The notes below the pieces were generated by a model. It saw only the letters and a program-made list of their open reading frames with translations. It had not been told where the DNA came from and made no database searches. Below are positions 14,638-28,762 of a DNA stretch of 64,000 bases, in pieces. Origin of the DNA: the human T2T-CHM13v2.0 reference genome, Homo sapiens; NCBI RefSeq assembly GCF_009914755.1, contig NC_060941.1; one strand, given 5' to 3'. The number at the start of each line of letters is the position of its first letter. Position 1 is the first letter of the stretch. The translations under genes and the position numbers were made by a program.

Positions 14638-15491
14638 ATGGGCCTGTGGCAGCTAGGGGGGCTTGGTGGCAGCTGGGGGCTTCGTGCCTGCTGTCTTCCC
14701 AGAGCCCTCACTCTATGCTTGCTGGGCCCTGCCTCTGGGGAATGTCAATTAAATGCAAAACAAGACACTGGTGCGAAAACAGTCTCCAGTGAACCTACCC
14801 AGCGCCACGAGCATTGCCAAGGTGCAAACAAAAGCACCTGAGGCAATCACACACCAGGAGAGTCCGCGCGTGCCAAATTCCCACCCCTCCCAGCCCCACC
14901 CACGTACATCTTCCTGGACCCAGACTGAGTTGACATGAAACAGATGAAACAGGCGGTGGGAGGAGGAGGAAAACAAGGTCTGTCTTTCAAAAGGGACGTC
15001 CTTCCCCTCTGCGATGAGAAGGCCTTTCTTCCGGGGAGTCACCCCCAAAGTGCTAAGCCTTCTCTGAGCGGGAGCTGGCCCCCAGTCACACATTATCTTT
15101 GAAGCTGACCTCCCGGTGCTGGGGCTGCGAGGGCTTCATGGGATGTCCCAGACCCTTGGTGGGAAAGTATTTGAAGTGTCTGGTGAGGCTGAGCTTCTGA
15201 GCAGCTGAAAGTTCTGCATCAGACACTCAGGCAGGAGGCTGGTGTGGACTCCTCAGGTGGGGAAAGGCAGGGGATGGAGAAAGGCGCTGAGCCTTGTCTG
15301 AAGTTGAACAGGAGCCAAAATGAACAAGGGGCCAGTGGGCCCTTCGAGGTCCTTGTCCCCTCCCTGCTAGGTTGTCAACCCTGGCAGCTGATCCCCCAGA
15401 TGCTGGGGAGGCCCCGGGCCCCAGGAGCTTCTGATTCTGACGCTCCTGAAGTCAAAGATGGGGACGTGCCCCCCAGGCCCCCTATCCCTGA

Positions 15492-16241
<750 letters not shown>

Positions 16242-16419
16242 TGACGAGTGTTTCCATTTTGGAGACAAAGAAATTCATCTGGGCTTGTGTAGAGGGAGGT
16301 TATGAGATTTAATGAAGCCACACACCCCCGACAAACAGATACAGGACTGGGACTCAGGTCTCCTGGAAGGTCAGCAGGCCAACTTTCCACCACCCTGGTG
16401 ACCATTTATCAGCCACCCC

Positions 16420-16530
16420 AGTGGAAGGATGCTGGATAGGATGGAGAGTCAGGAAACCTCAAATTGGTCTCAGTTTGGTCCAGGCTTGGCTGGATAACCT
16501 TGATCAGGTCAATTAACCTCTCTGGGGGTG
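16420..16530 (+). mobile_element. MIR fragment
   Basis: ggagagtcaggaaacctc...ggataaccttgatcaggtcaattaacctctctgg. Confidence 0.5.
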
Positions 16531-16864
16531 GGACCACATGACCTAGAAGAATAATTTCTGCCCTGAAATTATGTGCCTCTTTCCTCTCCAGAGGAGTTCA
16601 CTAGAGAATATTTCCTTTGTATATTTCAAAAGGTGATTCAACATATCAAAATGCTGTTTACATCCACCCATTACATAAAACATGGCACTTGGATGTCCCT
16701 GGAGGTCAACAGGGAAGGAGAGTTAGACTCAGGTTTCATGTGTCACTAACAGGGAGGTGACTGTTGCTCAGTGCTCAAAGCAAGGTCAGGAGGAAGTCTG
16801 TCTCAGAAGAAAAGGATGCTTCCCAGGTAACCACAGGTCTCAGTGAATGCCCGCTGGCCATTAA

Positions 16865-17275
<411 letters not shown>

Positions 17276-17322
17276 AGACTTTATCCTTTTTTTTTCTTTT
17301 CATTTTAATCCAAATCCTGCAC

Positions 17323-17840
17323 AAGACTTTCTTCTTTAGAGTGGTTTTAGATTTACAAAAAATAAGTGAAAATAACAGAGTTTCCATATTACACCACCAC
17401 CAAATTTCTCCTATTATTAACATCTTGTTAATAACTCATTAGTGTGGTAGATTTGGTACAATTGATAAGACAATACTGATACACTATTGTTAACTAAAGT
17501 CTATAGCTTCCATGAGGGTTTCCTTTTTGTGTTGTATATTTCATGAGTTTTGACAAACATACGATGATATGTATCCATGACAATATCATAGAGAAGAGTC
17601 TTACTGCCTTAAAAATGCCCTGTGCTCCACCTATTCACCCTCCTCCCTCTCCCCCACCACCCCGGCAACCACTCACCTTTTTATTGCCCCTATAGTTTTG
17701 CCTTTTTCCAGATGTCATACAGTTGGATTTTTACAGTACATGGCCTTTTCCGATTGGCTTCTTTCACTTAGCAATATGCATTTCAGTTCTTTCCACATCC
17801 TTTTGTGGCTTGTTAGCTCATTTCTTTTTAGTACTGACCC
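17323..17840 (-). mobile_element. L1MC-type 3' end fragment
   Basis: ttagagtggttttagatttacaaaaaa...gttaactaaagtctatag...ttttccagatgtcatacagttgga...ctttcacttagcaatatgcattt. Confidence 0.8.
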
Positions 17841-18979
17841 TTTCATCTTTTGATATGGGGCTGAAGGTTCTGCAGGTTGGGCCAGGATCTTCATGGGAGA
17901 CCCTCCAGTGTCTGGCAGTGCAGTCTCAGAACAGCTGCACACAGCAGAGCCTGCCTCCATCAGCTGAGATGTGCCAACATGTGAGGGACAGAAACAGAAG
18001 AAACGGGCCCAGGCTGTTGCTAAAGCCCAAACAAAATGGGTAGAAAGAGCTCCAGGGAGAGCTTTTGAGATAGGTTCTTGGCATCCTCCCTGCAAGTGAT
18101 GCAGAAGCCATCACCTGAATAGAGGATGATGACTTGTGACAAGGGGACCCCTCAGCACCTCCATGGTCCGTCCTGCTCCCTTCCCCCTAACTGGGGAAAG
18201 AGAATTCTGGGAGGAGAAAACCCAACTTCCAACCCACATTAAATCACTGTCATCAGGGTCTGAGCTCACCCGCCCATGAGCCATAACAGCTGCCCAGAAA
18301 CTGGCCGGGAAAAGAGCAGATTGGCTGTCTCCCAGCCCCTCCTCTGGTAGGTGGTTTTCCAGAGGAACCAGACAGTGTCCTGAACACCCCCCAGCATAGG
18401 CAGAGTCAGCTTGATCTCATCTGTCTAACTCCCTCCCGGGCCAGGACAAAAGTGTCACTCTGTGCCTGACACCGAGGCCTGATTTGCTCTCACCCCTGCT
18501 GTCCCCGTCAATGACTCCCAACTTTCGAGGCCTCATTCCTACCTTTAGTCTTTGGCTGCCATTATTTATCACTGCAAAGTGAACAGAGGAACATGATTTT
18601 CACTCAAGGACACCACCTTTCAGGAGGAACTTATCCAAAGTTTTGCAAAACTTGGGCAGAATCAAGGTCTCACCTCCTTCATCTTGGTGGACTCGAGAAG
18701 GTCTGGGCTCAAAGAATTTCTGCACAATCAACCAAAGGTGGGGTATAGAGGCAGGAGGAAAACAGAAGACACAGACTGCCCCCAAAAGAAGAAAAGGTCC
18801 TTTAAACACCATCTGATAGCTCCTCCGCACAGGGTTTGGTGGAGCTGTTTTTAAAGTCTACATTTAACAATCTGGTGTACCCCAGGCCTGTGTATCTCAG
18901 TCTTAATGCCTCTGAAGCAAAAACTACAAAGGTCTCTGATGTTTCTTCTTTCAGACTTTTTTTTTTCCACGATATGAAC

Positions 18980-19330
18980 TTTTTTTAAGGCTCCCGCTTC
19001 CCGGTGAACTCGCCTCCATCTCTTTCTCTTGCTGAAGCTGCAGATGTACATTGTGGTAGTGTGAAAAAAGCTAATTAAACTGCAGCGGCTCGGCGGGAGG
19101 CACGGAAGGCCCCGCGGAGCACATGGGATGATTGATTTGCACTGTCACACGGCTCTGCTGGGTGTCATAACTTAGTGACAAATCAAGGATTACAGTGGCC
19201 CAGAGTAACTCTCTTCCTTTGTTGTTCCATAGACATCAAAGCAGCCAAGGATATTAGTGTTTTTAATAAGTAGCTAAGTCAGGAGTAGCTTACAGTTTGA
19301 AATTACTCTATGTACAATTGAAGGTGTTGG
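18980..19330. promoter_or_regulatory. Candidate developmental enhancer
   Basis: Unique, CpG-retaining. CTAATTAAAC 19071, PBX-type TGATTGAT 19129 next to MEIS CTGTCA 19142, GGATTA 19187, TCF/LEF CTTTGTT 19217 and CATCAAAG 19234. Confidence 0.5.
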
Positions 19331-20124
19331 GGGAACAGGGGTAAGGAAAACAACAGCTCAAGTGTTATTAGTTAGATTTAAAAAAATTTAATAAAATAAA
19401 ACAAAACAAAATAAAATGCAGCCCATGCACCAGGAGCAAGTTCTTTGTAGGGGTTGTTGGAGATTTTTGCATTATTTGTGTAAGCCACGTGGAGGCCTGC
19501 TGTGGTGAGGCATACCCTCTGGAAATTAGGTTTTCTAGGGACAGGAAAAAAATGACTATCAAAGCCACAGGTCTGGGGGGCTTCATAAGCAAATGGCTTC
19601 ATCTTAATCAGCACAGAAGGAAGCTGGGAGGGTCACAGTGATGTGTTTGAGGACGAATATCCTGTTCCCCAACAATTAGGATCATAAAATGATTGGGGCA
19701 ACTCACCTTATCTTGAAAGTACACAGATCCCTGAAGACAGCTGCAGCCAAGGTTTGTTTTTCTTGGGATATTTACCTTCCACCACAGAAGAGAGGCCTGA
19801 AAATCAGAGCAAGGTGGGAATCTGAAATTCATTCCTGCCTACTATGCAATTATCATCACTGTGTTGCTAATGGTTTCTCCCTGGATGGGCTCGAGTCGCT
19901 CTGGAAGATGCTGCTGGGGCCAGGGCCGTGATGAGATGTTGGAATGGATGGCCACCTCGCTCAGTGGGTGCCCATTTCTCCTTAGTGATTTTAAGCTCAG
20001 TTAGCCCTGGACATGGAGAAATACCACCATAATCCCAAGATGCACCCTGAGATGCACACGTTTCCATCGACTGTGGCGCAACCCAGCCCTCTTGGACCCT
20101 ACCCAGTTGGGAGAGGAGCAAAGG

Positions 20125-20235
20125 TGACTCAGGACAAGTCTGTCAACCTCCCTGGGCCTCGGTTTCTTCATTCTGCATAATTGGAGATTATCCCTTCTTC
20201 CTCACTCACTAGGTTATGAAAATCTAATTAAACAA
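20125..20235 (+). mobile_element. MIR fragment
   Basis: ggacaagtctgtcaacctccctgggcctcggtttcttcattctg...ggttatgaaaatctaatta. Confidence 0.6.
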
Positions 20236-20600
20236 CGCCGGTGGAAATATTTCACAAATTCCTAAGCATTATGCAAATCAATCAGAAAATGGAAGCACAG
20301 GATGAAGTCATTTCCCACGCCCACGCTTCGCTGGTGTGGGTGGAGGAAGCCTGTCATGGAATCACCACTGTGGGCACCCATGACAGATTTGAATCTCCAG
20401 CAGTATTTTCACTGAAATTCACTTTGGTCTATGTTGTGCATAAAATCCATTTGGGGTTAAACAATGGTCTTGATTTTCTTTTGTGTGTATCTATGAATCT
20501 ATGCGTTCCTGTTTGCATCATTGTGAACAAAACCCAAAACAATTTAAAATTGCAGTCATATGTTCAGTTTTCATTATTATGAATTAAATGAGGGAATCGG
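20224..20600. promoter_or_regulatory. Candidate enhancer
   Basis: Octamer ATGCAAAT 20271 overlapping ATCAATCA; RBPJ TTCCCACG 20312 overlapping EGR CGCCCACGC 20318; SOX AACAATGG ~20460. Confidence 0.45.
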
Positions 20601-21133
20601 CCAGTTTTACGTAAAACAGTGAGGTTGAGTGAGGCGGGCTTCCCCACACAGAGAGGAGGCTGATAAAACAACACCCATTGGGGGAGATGAGGCTTTAAGG
20701 AACTGATGGTCCTTCAAGCAAATTCGCGTTGACTGAGGAGCCAGAGGGGACAGTTCCATCTGAAAACTGGGATCCAGGCCCCAACTAGTTAGTGCCATGG
20801 GCAGTGCCAGCATTCCCTGACTCTTTCTCCTTTGGCTTTACCTCAAACACATCACAATTATGTGCATCACACTTTTGCCTACTTAGGGCAGTCCACTATC
20901 TAACAGGAGAAGCACCCTGTATTCATCGATGCATCCCACGGCTTGGGCTCCTTCCACGTACGCCAAAGTACTTTGTTTATGTGGATTCTTATTTATTAAA
21001 ATTGCAGACTTACTTTTTAAGAAAAACTAATAAATTTCTTGTAATGGTTAGAGAAGCTACTTTTGAACCCACCCGGACCTATGTTCCCCTTTCCTAACTA
21101 CAGAGAGCTTTCTTCAAATGACAGCTTTTCTGG

Positions 21134-21205
21134 AAAACAAAACAAAACAAAACAAAAACAAAAAAACAACAAAAAACAACCAAACAAAAACAAAAACAAA
21201 AAAAA
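21134..21205. repeat. (AAAAC)n / A-rich repeat
   Basis: aaaacaaaacaaaacaaaacaaaaacaaaaaaacaacaaaa. Confidence 0.85.
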
Positions 21206-21219
21206 CGCTCTGCTTTGTC

Positions 21220-21605
21220 TGGCAAAGTTGAATCTGCTCATAACACTTTGAACCAGCAATTCTGTTCCCCAGTGTATGTCCATGTGCACCAGGAGGCAGG
21301 ACAGGGAGTGTTCATTACAGCATCACATGCAATAGTGAAAACCAGAAACTGCCTATATGCCCATCAGCAGAAGGGACAAATTGTGGCATTTTAATACAAA
21401 GAAAAACTATTATTTAGAGAAAATATCTAACAGCTGTGGATATGAACATGAATAAATTTCAAAAACATGAAAAAATGATGAACAAAGAAACACATGTCAT
21501 AGAGGAAGCCATAGCATATGTGTATGATTTCATTAATACAAAGTGCAAAAATGGCAACAGTAAACAATAAATTGATGATGGATACATATGTAAAGAGTGA
21601 AACTG
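21220..21605 (+). mobile_element. Old L1 (L1ME-like) 3' fragment
   Basis: ccagcaattctgttcccc...gtgttcattacagcatc...atatgcccatcagcagaagg...atgatttcattaatacaaagtgcaaaa. Confidence 0.65.
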
Positions 21606-21752
21606 TGAGAAGGAAGAAGAAAGGAAACATGGAAAGAGGAAGAGAGAAAGGAAGGAAGGAAGCAAGGAAGGAACAAAGGAAGGAAAGAAAAAGGAAGGAA
21701 AGAAAGGAAGGCAGAAAGGGAGAGGGGAAGGGAAGGGAGGGAAGGAAGCGAG
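21606..21752. repeat. GA-rich (GGAA) purine tract
   Basis: aggaagaagaaaggaaac...ggaaggaaggaagcaaggaagg. Confidence 0.85.
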
Positions 21753-22651
21753 AAGTGTTCTCATTTCTGGGGAGAAGTGGTGTCCTCTCCTAACTCAGAG
21801 AGTTAGTGTGTTGGGAATGAGAGTAAAAATAATGAGGATTTCCTAGGAACGTGGAGTCCTTAGCATTACTACACAACATTTAGATCTATAGTTAGTAGGT
21901 ACCAAGAGTTTACTAGCCAGAATGCTTACATAATTGGCTTATTTTCTTCTTCAGTCCTTTGGAGAAACAAAAGAGGACTAAGGTGGTTCACTCCAGAGAT
22001 GTATTAAAAACAAAGAGCATCTAGAAGACGGTCTAGGGCTAGCAGATGTTCAGGATGGCCTCCCACACTTCCACAATCTCCAACTTGCATCACACACTTT
22101 ATATATTCAACATGCTGCTCATGAACTCCTCAGATGGGGTGGGGGACATGTGGAGTGTATAAGGACAGGGGAGAATGGGGTCTTAGTTCCGATACAAGAA
22201 AGGGGGTGGAGGGAACAATAGGCGGCCCCAGATGGTGGATGGTCTGAGGCTGCCCCTTTGACTGTTAATGTGTGAATGTCAGTGTGAGTCTGTATAAGTG
22301 AGAGATGACATACACATGGCATCGGAGCGACTCTCAACATTAAGTACTGTTAGAGATTATAAAGCTAACAAAGAAGGAAGAGATGTACCAGTTATTCATA
22401 TTATTCACCTTAAAAGCCATCTGCTTATAGAGAGACTGGGAGTGACCACCCAATTACTTACCAGCATATCAGTCTATTTTAATCCTCTGCCTACTACTTA
22501 ACACTTATCAGTACCTCACATTTTATGATCTGTTTGTGTGTTTGTTTACGGTTGGATTCTCCGAACCTTGAACGTCGTTGCCTGCCACTATTCCCACCGT
22601 CAGGAAAGAAGTTTTGTTCTCTTTTTATTCTGTTTTTAAAAAATGTACATA

Positions 22652-22750
22652 TCTTTTTTTCATTTTTCTTTTTTTTTTTTTTTTGCCTCCCAGGTAGCTG
22701 GGGCTACAGGCACACACCACCACACCCAGCTAATTTTTTGTACTTTTGTT
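22652..22750 (-). mobile_element. Truncated Alu fragment
   Basis: Poly(T) then gcctcccaggtagctggggctacaggcacacaccaccacacccagctaattttttgta. Confidence 0.8.
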
Positions 22751-22764
22751 TTTGTTATTTATTT

Positions 22765-23295
<531 letters not shown>

Positions 23296-23522
23296 TTTTA
23301 AAATTTATACTCTTTTAAAAATATTTTAACTTTTATTTTAGGTTCAGGGCTACTTGTGCAGGTTTGAGTTAATCCGAGTGGCATCCCTTGAAGGCTCTCT
23401 GCATTAGGATAATATTCAGATATCCAACAACTTTCATCTCACACAGATCTTCAAGAAACATTTTTAAAAATTACCAAGTAAGAATAAGAAAATAAGAATA
23501 CCCAACATACTGGTAACAGTAA

Positions 23523-23908
<386 letters not shown>

Positions 23909-24125
23909 ACTACATACTTTTTTAATTGACTATTTTACCAAGCACATGTATTTCCATACTAAAAGTTTACCTTAATTAAAATCTCTTTCTCTTAACTCTC
24001 CCTCCCTCTGTGTCTTTTCCTCTGCCTCTGTCCCTGTTTCTTTATGAATTCACCAGAATGAACATTTCAAACTACCTCATTTAAAGTCTCTTGGACCTGA
24101 CTAATGATGTTTCAAGGGTTCACCT

Positions 24126-24572
24126 TCAAGTCTTTCCTGCGTTTTCGAATTTAGATAAAATATATGGGTGTTTCTTGGATTTTCTTTTAATCTCCTTCAC
24201 TGCCTTTTTCCCTGGAGGAGAAAGGAGACATTTCCAGAAGAATCTTGGGAAATGATCTGCTAGTGTGCCCACATCCAGAAGTGATGGCTGGACTTGTTCT
24301 GAGCGTTTGTTGCGGTGAACCGCAGCAGGATAAACAAAAGCTTTCTCCTCTCTCTTGCTGATGTCCTGCTGGGTTGGACCTCTGCACCTGAGCACCTCAG
24401 CACGAGTCTCCCCAGAGCGGGTCGGTGCCCTCCCGTCTGCACTGGAAAGAGCTCCACTCTCCCAGAAGGAACCAGGTAGAGGGGACTGTCCATCATCCGT
24501 GCCAGTTGGCCAAGTTCCTCCCTCAGCGAAATCAGGAAGCTCATAAAAAGACCTTATCTCTGGGTAAGCCAT
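24126..24572 (-). CDS. Orphan 148-aa ORF in unique sequence (coding status unproven)
   Basis: True ATG with G at -3 and G at +4 (gtcATGG); no repeat similarity; acceptor-like cccctttgttgtcctttcccag ends 28 nt upstream; donor-like AAG|GTGAAC 2 nt after TGA; no recognisable domain. Confidence 0.15.
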   Translation of the reverse strand: MAYPEIRSFYELPDFAEGGTWPTGTDDGQSPLPGSFWESGALSSADGRAPTRSGETRAEVLRCRGPTQQDISKREEKAFVYPAAVHRNKRSEQVQPSLLDVGTLADHFPRFFWKCLLSPPGKKAVKEIKRKSKKHPYILSKFENAGKT

Positions 24573-25274
24573 GACTCTTCAGTTCCCACCCGCCTGGCGC
24601 CTGGGAAAGGACAACAAAGGGGTGTTGAGAACAATGACCATCTGTAGAGCCGAGCCTGCACCAGCAGAGTCACGGGAACCCCAGGGTCTCAGTGCCTCCC
24701 TTCCCCGGCCCCGTGCCTGGCGGGGTCAGGTATCCTCCCTGGTAGACAGGCGGCCCTGGTGGCCATGTGTGCTCTCGGGCTTGTGGTGTTACCCACATCC
24801 TATCTTAAGTGTTACACCTCTCCTAAAACAGACTGATGAGTGGCCTAGACTTCTCCTTTTATTTCTTAGAATACTCCTAGTGTCACAGCTCTAGAGTAAC
24901 TGTGCTATTTCATTTCTTACCACCCCCTTCCTGAACTGGGCTAAAGACAATGTCCAGTGCAACATGTCACACCCTGCCCCTCACTTGCCCCCTGCTCAAG
25001 TCGAATCCTCTGTCCACCAAGACCACAGCCCTAGGAGTTAGGAAATGGTTCCATTTTCCTCTGCCTTGCCTGAGCCACACAATTGCCTGTAAATGCCAAG
25101 ACATCTAGTCCTCTCTCCCATGAGGTGTGGTTTCCCCAGACCCTTCAGGCATTTACGGTACCTCAGTAGGTCTCCAAAGTAGGCCTCCAAACTCCCCCAC
25201 CAGGGCCCTGATCTCCGCTGAGTAACTTCCTAATCTTTTCTTTACAATTCCCACCTGCTATTTCACCTGTATTT

Positions 25275-25615
25275 TATTCACCAACCTGAGATATAAATAG
25301 ATAAGTGTTTTATGGATAAAGAGACTAAGGCACGATTTGTCTAAGGTCATTACGCGTTGCTGACTGAGAGAGAACTCAACACCTTTGACGCCTAACCTAA
25401 GGCTTTTTCAATTCTATTACCATTTTGGGCACATGTCACTAGATTTCGGTCCTAGTCCATGTCTCTATTCACATCATAGACTGCTAGGGCTGGGAAAGAC
25501 TTCAGAGTGTATCCTTGTCTCCCATGCTCATGGTGAAACTAAGCCCCAGAGAGAGAAGTGGCTTCCAAGGTTATGTAATGAGTTGGTGGCCAAGTTCAGA
25601 TGAAGTGGTTGGGCC
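25275..25615 (-). mobile_element. Two degenerate MIR fragments
   Basis: gttttatggataaagagactaaggcac...tgtctaaggtca; gaaactaagccccagagagagaagtggcttccaagg. Confidence 0.5.
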
Positions 25616-26268
25616 AGTCCCCAACTCGGCCTCATGCCAGACCTCCCAGCTCCCTGATGCCAGGATCCAAAGCCCTTTCACTCTGAACCCTCTCCTCCCC
25701 TTCCTCCCTGGCAAGGTCAGCAGGTTTGCCAGGCAGTCCTTGGCCTCCTGGCCCACAAGTCCTTCTGCATGGTGCTTGTTGGTGCTGGTACTCTCTGAAG
25801 GGGGCAGGAAGCAGGGAGAAAGCCTGGGGGACTCCTGGGGTCCAGGGAACAGAAGGGGAAGAAAGCGTGAGGTGAGAGAGATAGGAAAAAGGACAAAAAT
25901 TGCAGTCATCAGGGACATGAGACTTTGGCAAAATCCCTCACCATTTATGCTGATTATTGGTTCAGTCCAGAAGAACTAATAAAATGAGAAAAGAAAATAA
26001 AAACAAACAAACAAAAAAACTGTATCGGTTCTTTAACACCACCACAAATTACAGGTGATGAAGCAGAATGCTGTTCCCTGGGTCTGACTGCCGTGTGGCT
26101 CCATAACTGTACACGTCCTCAAGCATGTCAGATGGACTTGCTGCACGCTGTACTTTAGCAGAATGGTAAGCTGTATCCTACCTGTTCAGTCTTCCAAGCA
26201 GGTTGTCTCGGCAACATGGCTAGAGCTTCAGGGTTAGAAGGGACTTGAAAGGATAGACCCCTATTTAA

Positions 26269-26645
<377 letters not shown>

Positions 26646-26917
26646 CCCTTTCTGGTTTCTAAGAGGCCACACTGAGTAGCCAGGGGGCCTGCTTAGGTGA
26701 CTTATCAGCCCTGAGTTAAGTTCTAGAGAAGCTGGGGTGAAGAGCAAGCTGCTCACTGACCTCTTTCGTTCCTGAGCAAGCGGGGTGAGTCACCTTAAAC
26801 TAGGGACAGGAGCACCATGAAGCCAGGACGGCAGGGACACGGAGTTGGAAGCATGCAGGGAAAAGGACACTTTCTAGCTTTTGGCCTGGAGGTTGTAAGT
26901 TTAGTGGATTTCCTCAC

Positions 26918-27136
26918 CTTCCTTTGATGGGAGGTGTGAAACTGACATCCCTCCCAAATTGTAGCAGCTCTTCCCAAAAGCTGCCCAAGCTATTATGCCG
27001 CCCAGTAAACACATGCTTGTTTTGCAAACACAGCTTTAAGACTTATCCTCCCGCCTCCCCTTCTACCAGAACGATGCCCCCAAACTCTCTCATATGTAAA
27101 TCTGGGAGCCGTCATATAAACCTAGCAGTTATTTCC
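26918..27136 (-). other. Candidate internal exon (219 nt)
   Basis: Minus-strand acceptor gattttttactctccag|GG and donor AAG|GTGAGG. Confidence 0.3.
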
Positions 27137-27827
27137 CTGGAGAGTAAAAAATCTTGTGCAGAAAAAAAAAAAACAAAACCCCACCTAGAGGGAAATACTC
27201 TAAATATTAATGGTGATTTTCTTTCTTTGGTTGGTGGGATAAAGCCTAATTTTTTCCCATCTACTTTTTTCAATTTCTAAATGGGCTATAATGAATATAT
27301 AATACCTTTATGCTATAAAATATAAACTAAAATTTTTAGCAACACTAATTAGCACTGTCGTCCATGTAACAAGAATACAGTGAGCTATCTCCATGCAGAC
27401 AGGGTCTCGAGAGGGAAAGTTCTTCCCCGAAGGAAAGCAGGTCCTGAACTATATCCCCAGTGCCTTCTGTGAAAAGCTCAGTTTAAGCATGCTTAAAGAG
27501 GTTCACATCCTTCAAGAGCTTCTCATTCCCTCCTGACCTCACAGAGACAGGGCCATATGGGGAAAGACAAATCTCGTTATCCTGCTCAGCTAAACGGTGA
27601 GAAAACAGAGACTGGTGCAGGCACCCGTGTTTTACTATGAAGTTTCAACAACTGCTTCTAAGTCTTTCTCTGGCTTGCTTCTCTCCCCCATCAGGTATAA
27701 ATATCCTCAGAAAAGAAATAAATATCTCTTCAGGTAGCTCCAATGCAGTAAATAATTTTAACCTTTAATGTCCTGCACGAGCTCTGATCTTAAATTCTTT
27801 AACACATTAAAAGCTTTAGCTACTTTA

Positions 27828-28762
27828 AACATAGACTTACCAGGGGATTTCTGGAGCAATTCTACTCCTAGGTATATAATTAAGAGAGTTGGAAACATAC
27901 CTCCACATGAAAGCTTGCATGTGAATATCTATCTGTAGCACCATTATTTATCAGAGCTGAAATGTGGAAACTACATAAATCTCCACCAACTGTTAAATGA
28001 ATAAACAAAAAGGTTGCATATCCTCACAAAGGAACATTACTCAGCCACCAAAAGGAATGAAGTACAGTCTGTCCTCCTTATCTGTGGGTTCCACATTTGT
28101 GAATTCAGCCAACAGTGGATCAAAAATAGAAAAAAAAAAACCAGAAAATGAAAAAAACCATGAAGCTCTAAAATGCAAAACTGAATTTGCCATACCCTAA
28201 GTACTACACTGAATCCAAGTGAATGAAGTGATGTGTAGCCTTGTTTCGGGGTATTTATAAGTGATCTAGACATACATGAGACGATGTGCATAGGTTGGAT
28301 GCAAATATTATGCCATTTTATATTAGGGACTTGGGCCTCTGTGGATTTGGGTTTGTGAAGGGAGTCCTGGAACCAATCCTCCTCCTGGATACCAAGGGAT
28401 GACTATACTGACGCGTGTTAGAACATGGATGAACCTTGAAAACATTATGCTAAGTAAAAGAAGCCAGTCACAAAAGGCCACATCATATATAATTCCGTTC
28501 TTATGAAATGTCCAGAAAAGGGAAATCGATCTACAGAGACAGAAAGTAGACTAGTGGCTTCCAGGGAGGGATTAAGTGGTTGAGGGAAGTAGGGAGTAAT
28601 AATTCAAGGGACTGGAAGTTTCTTTGTCATCATTGATGAACATATTCTCAAATTGATCGTGTTGGTTGCACAACTCTGCAAATATACTAAAAAGCATTGA
28701 GATGTACACTTTCAATGGGTAAATTATATGGTAGGGGATTATAACTTGACTTATTTTTAAAA
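27828..28762 (+). mobile_element. L1MB-type 3' fragment split by MER2
   Basis: gcaattctactcctaggtatata...catggatgaaccttgaaaacattatgctaagtaaaagaagccagtcacaaaaggccac. Confidence 0.85.
28065..28405. mobile_element. MER2B-like TcMar-Tigger MITE
   Basis: cagtctgtcctccttatctgtgggttccac...ggaaccaatcc...ggataccaagggatgacta; TA on both flanks. Confidence 0.85.
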
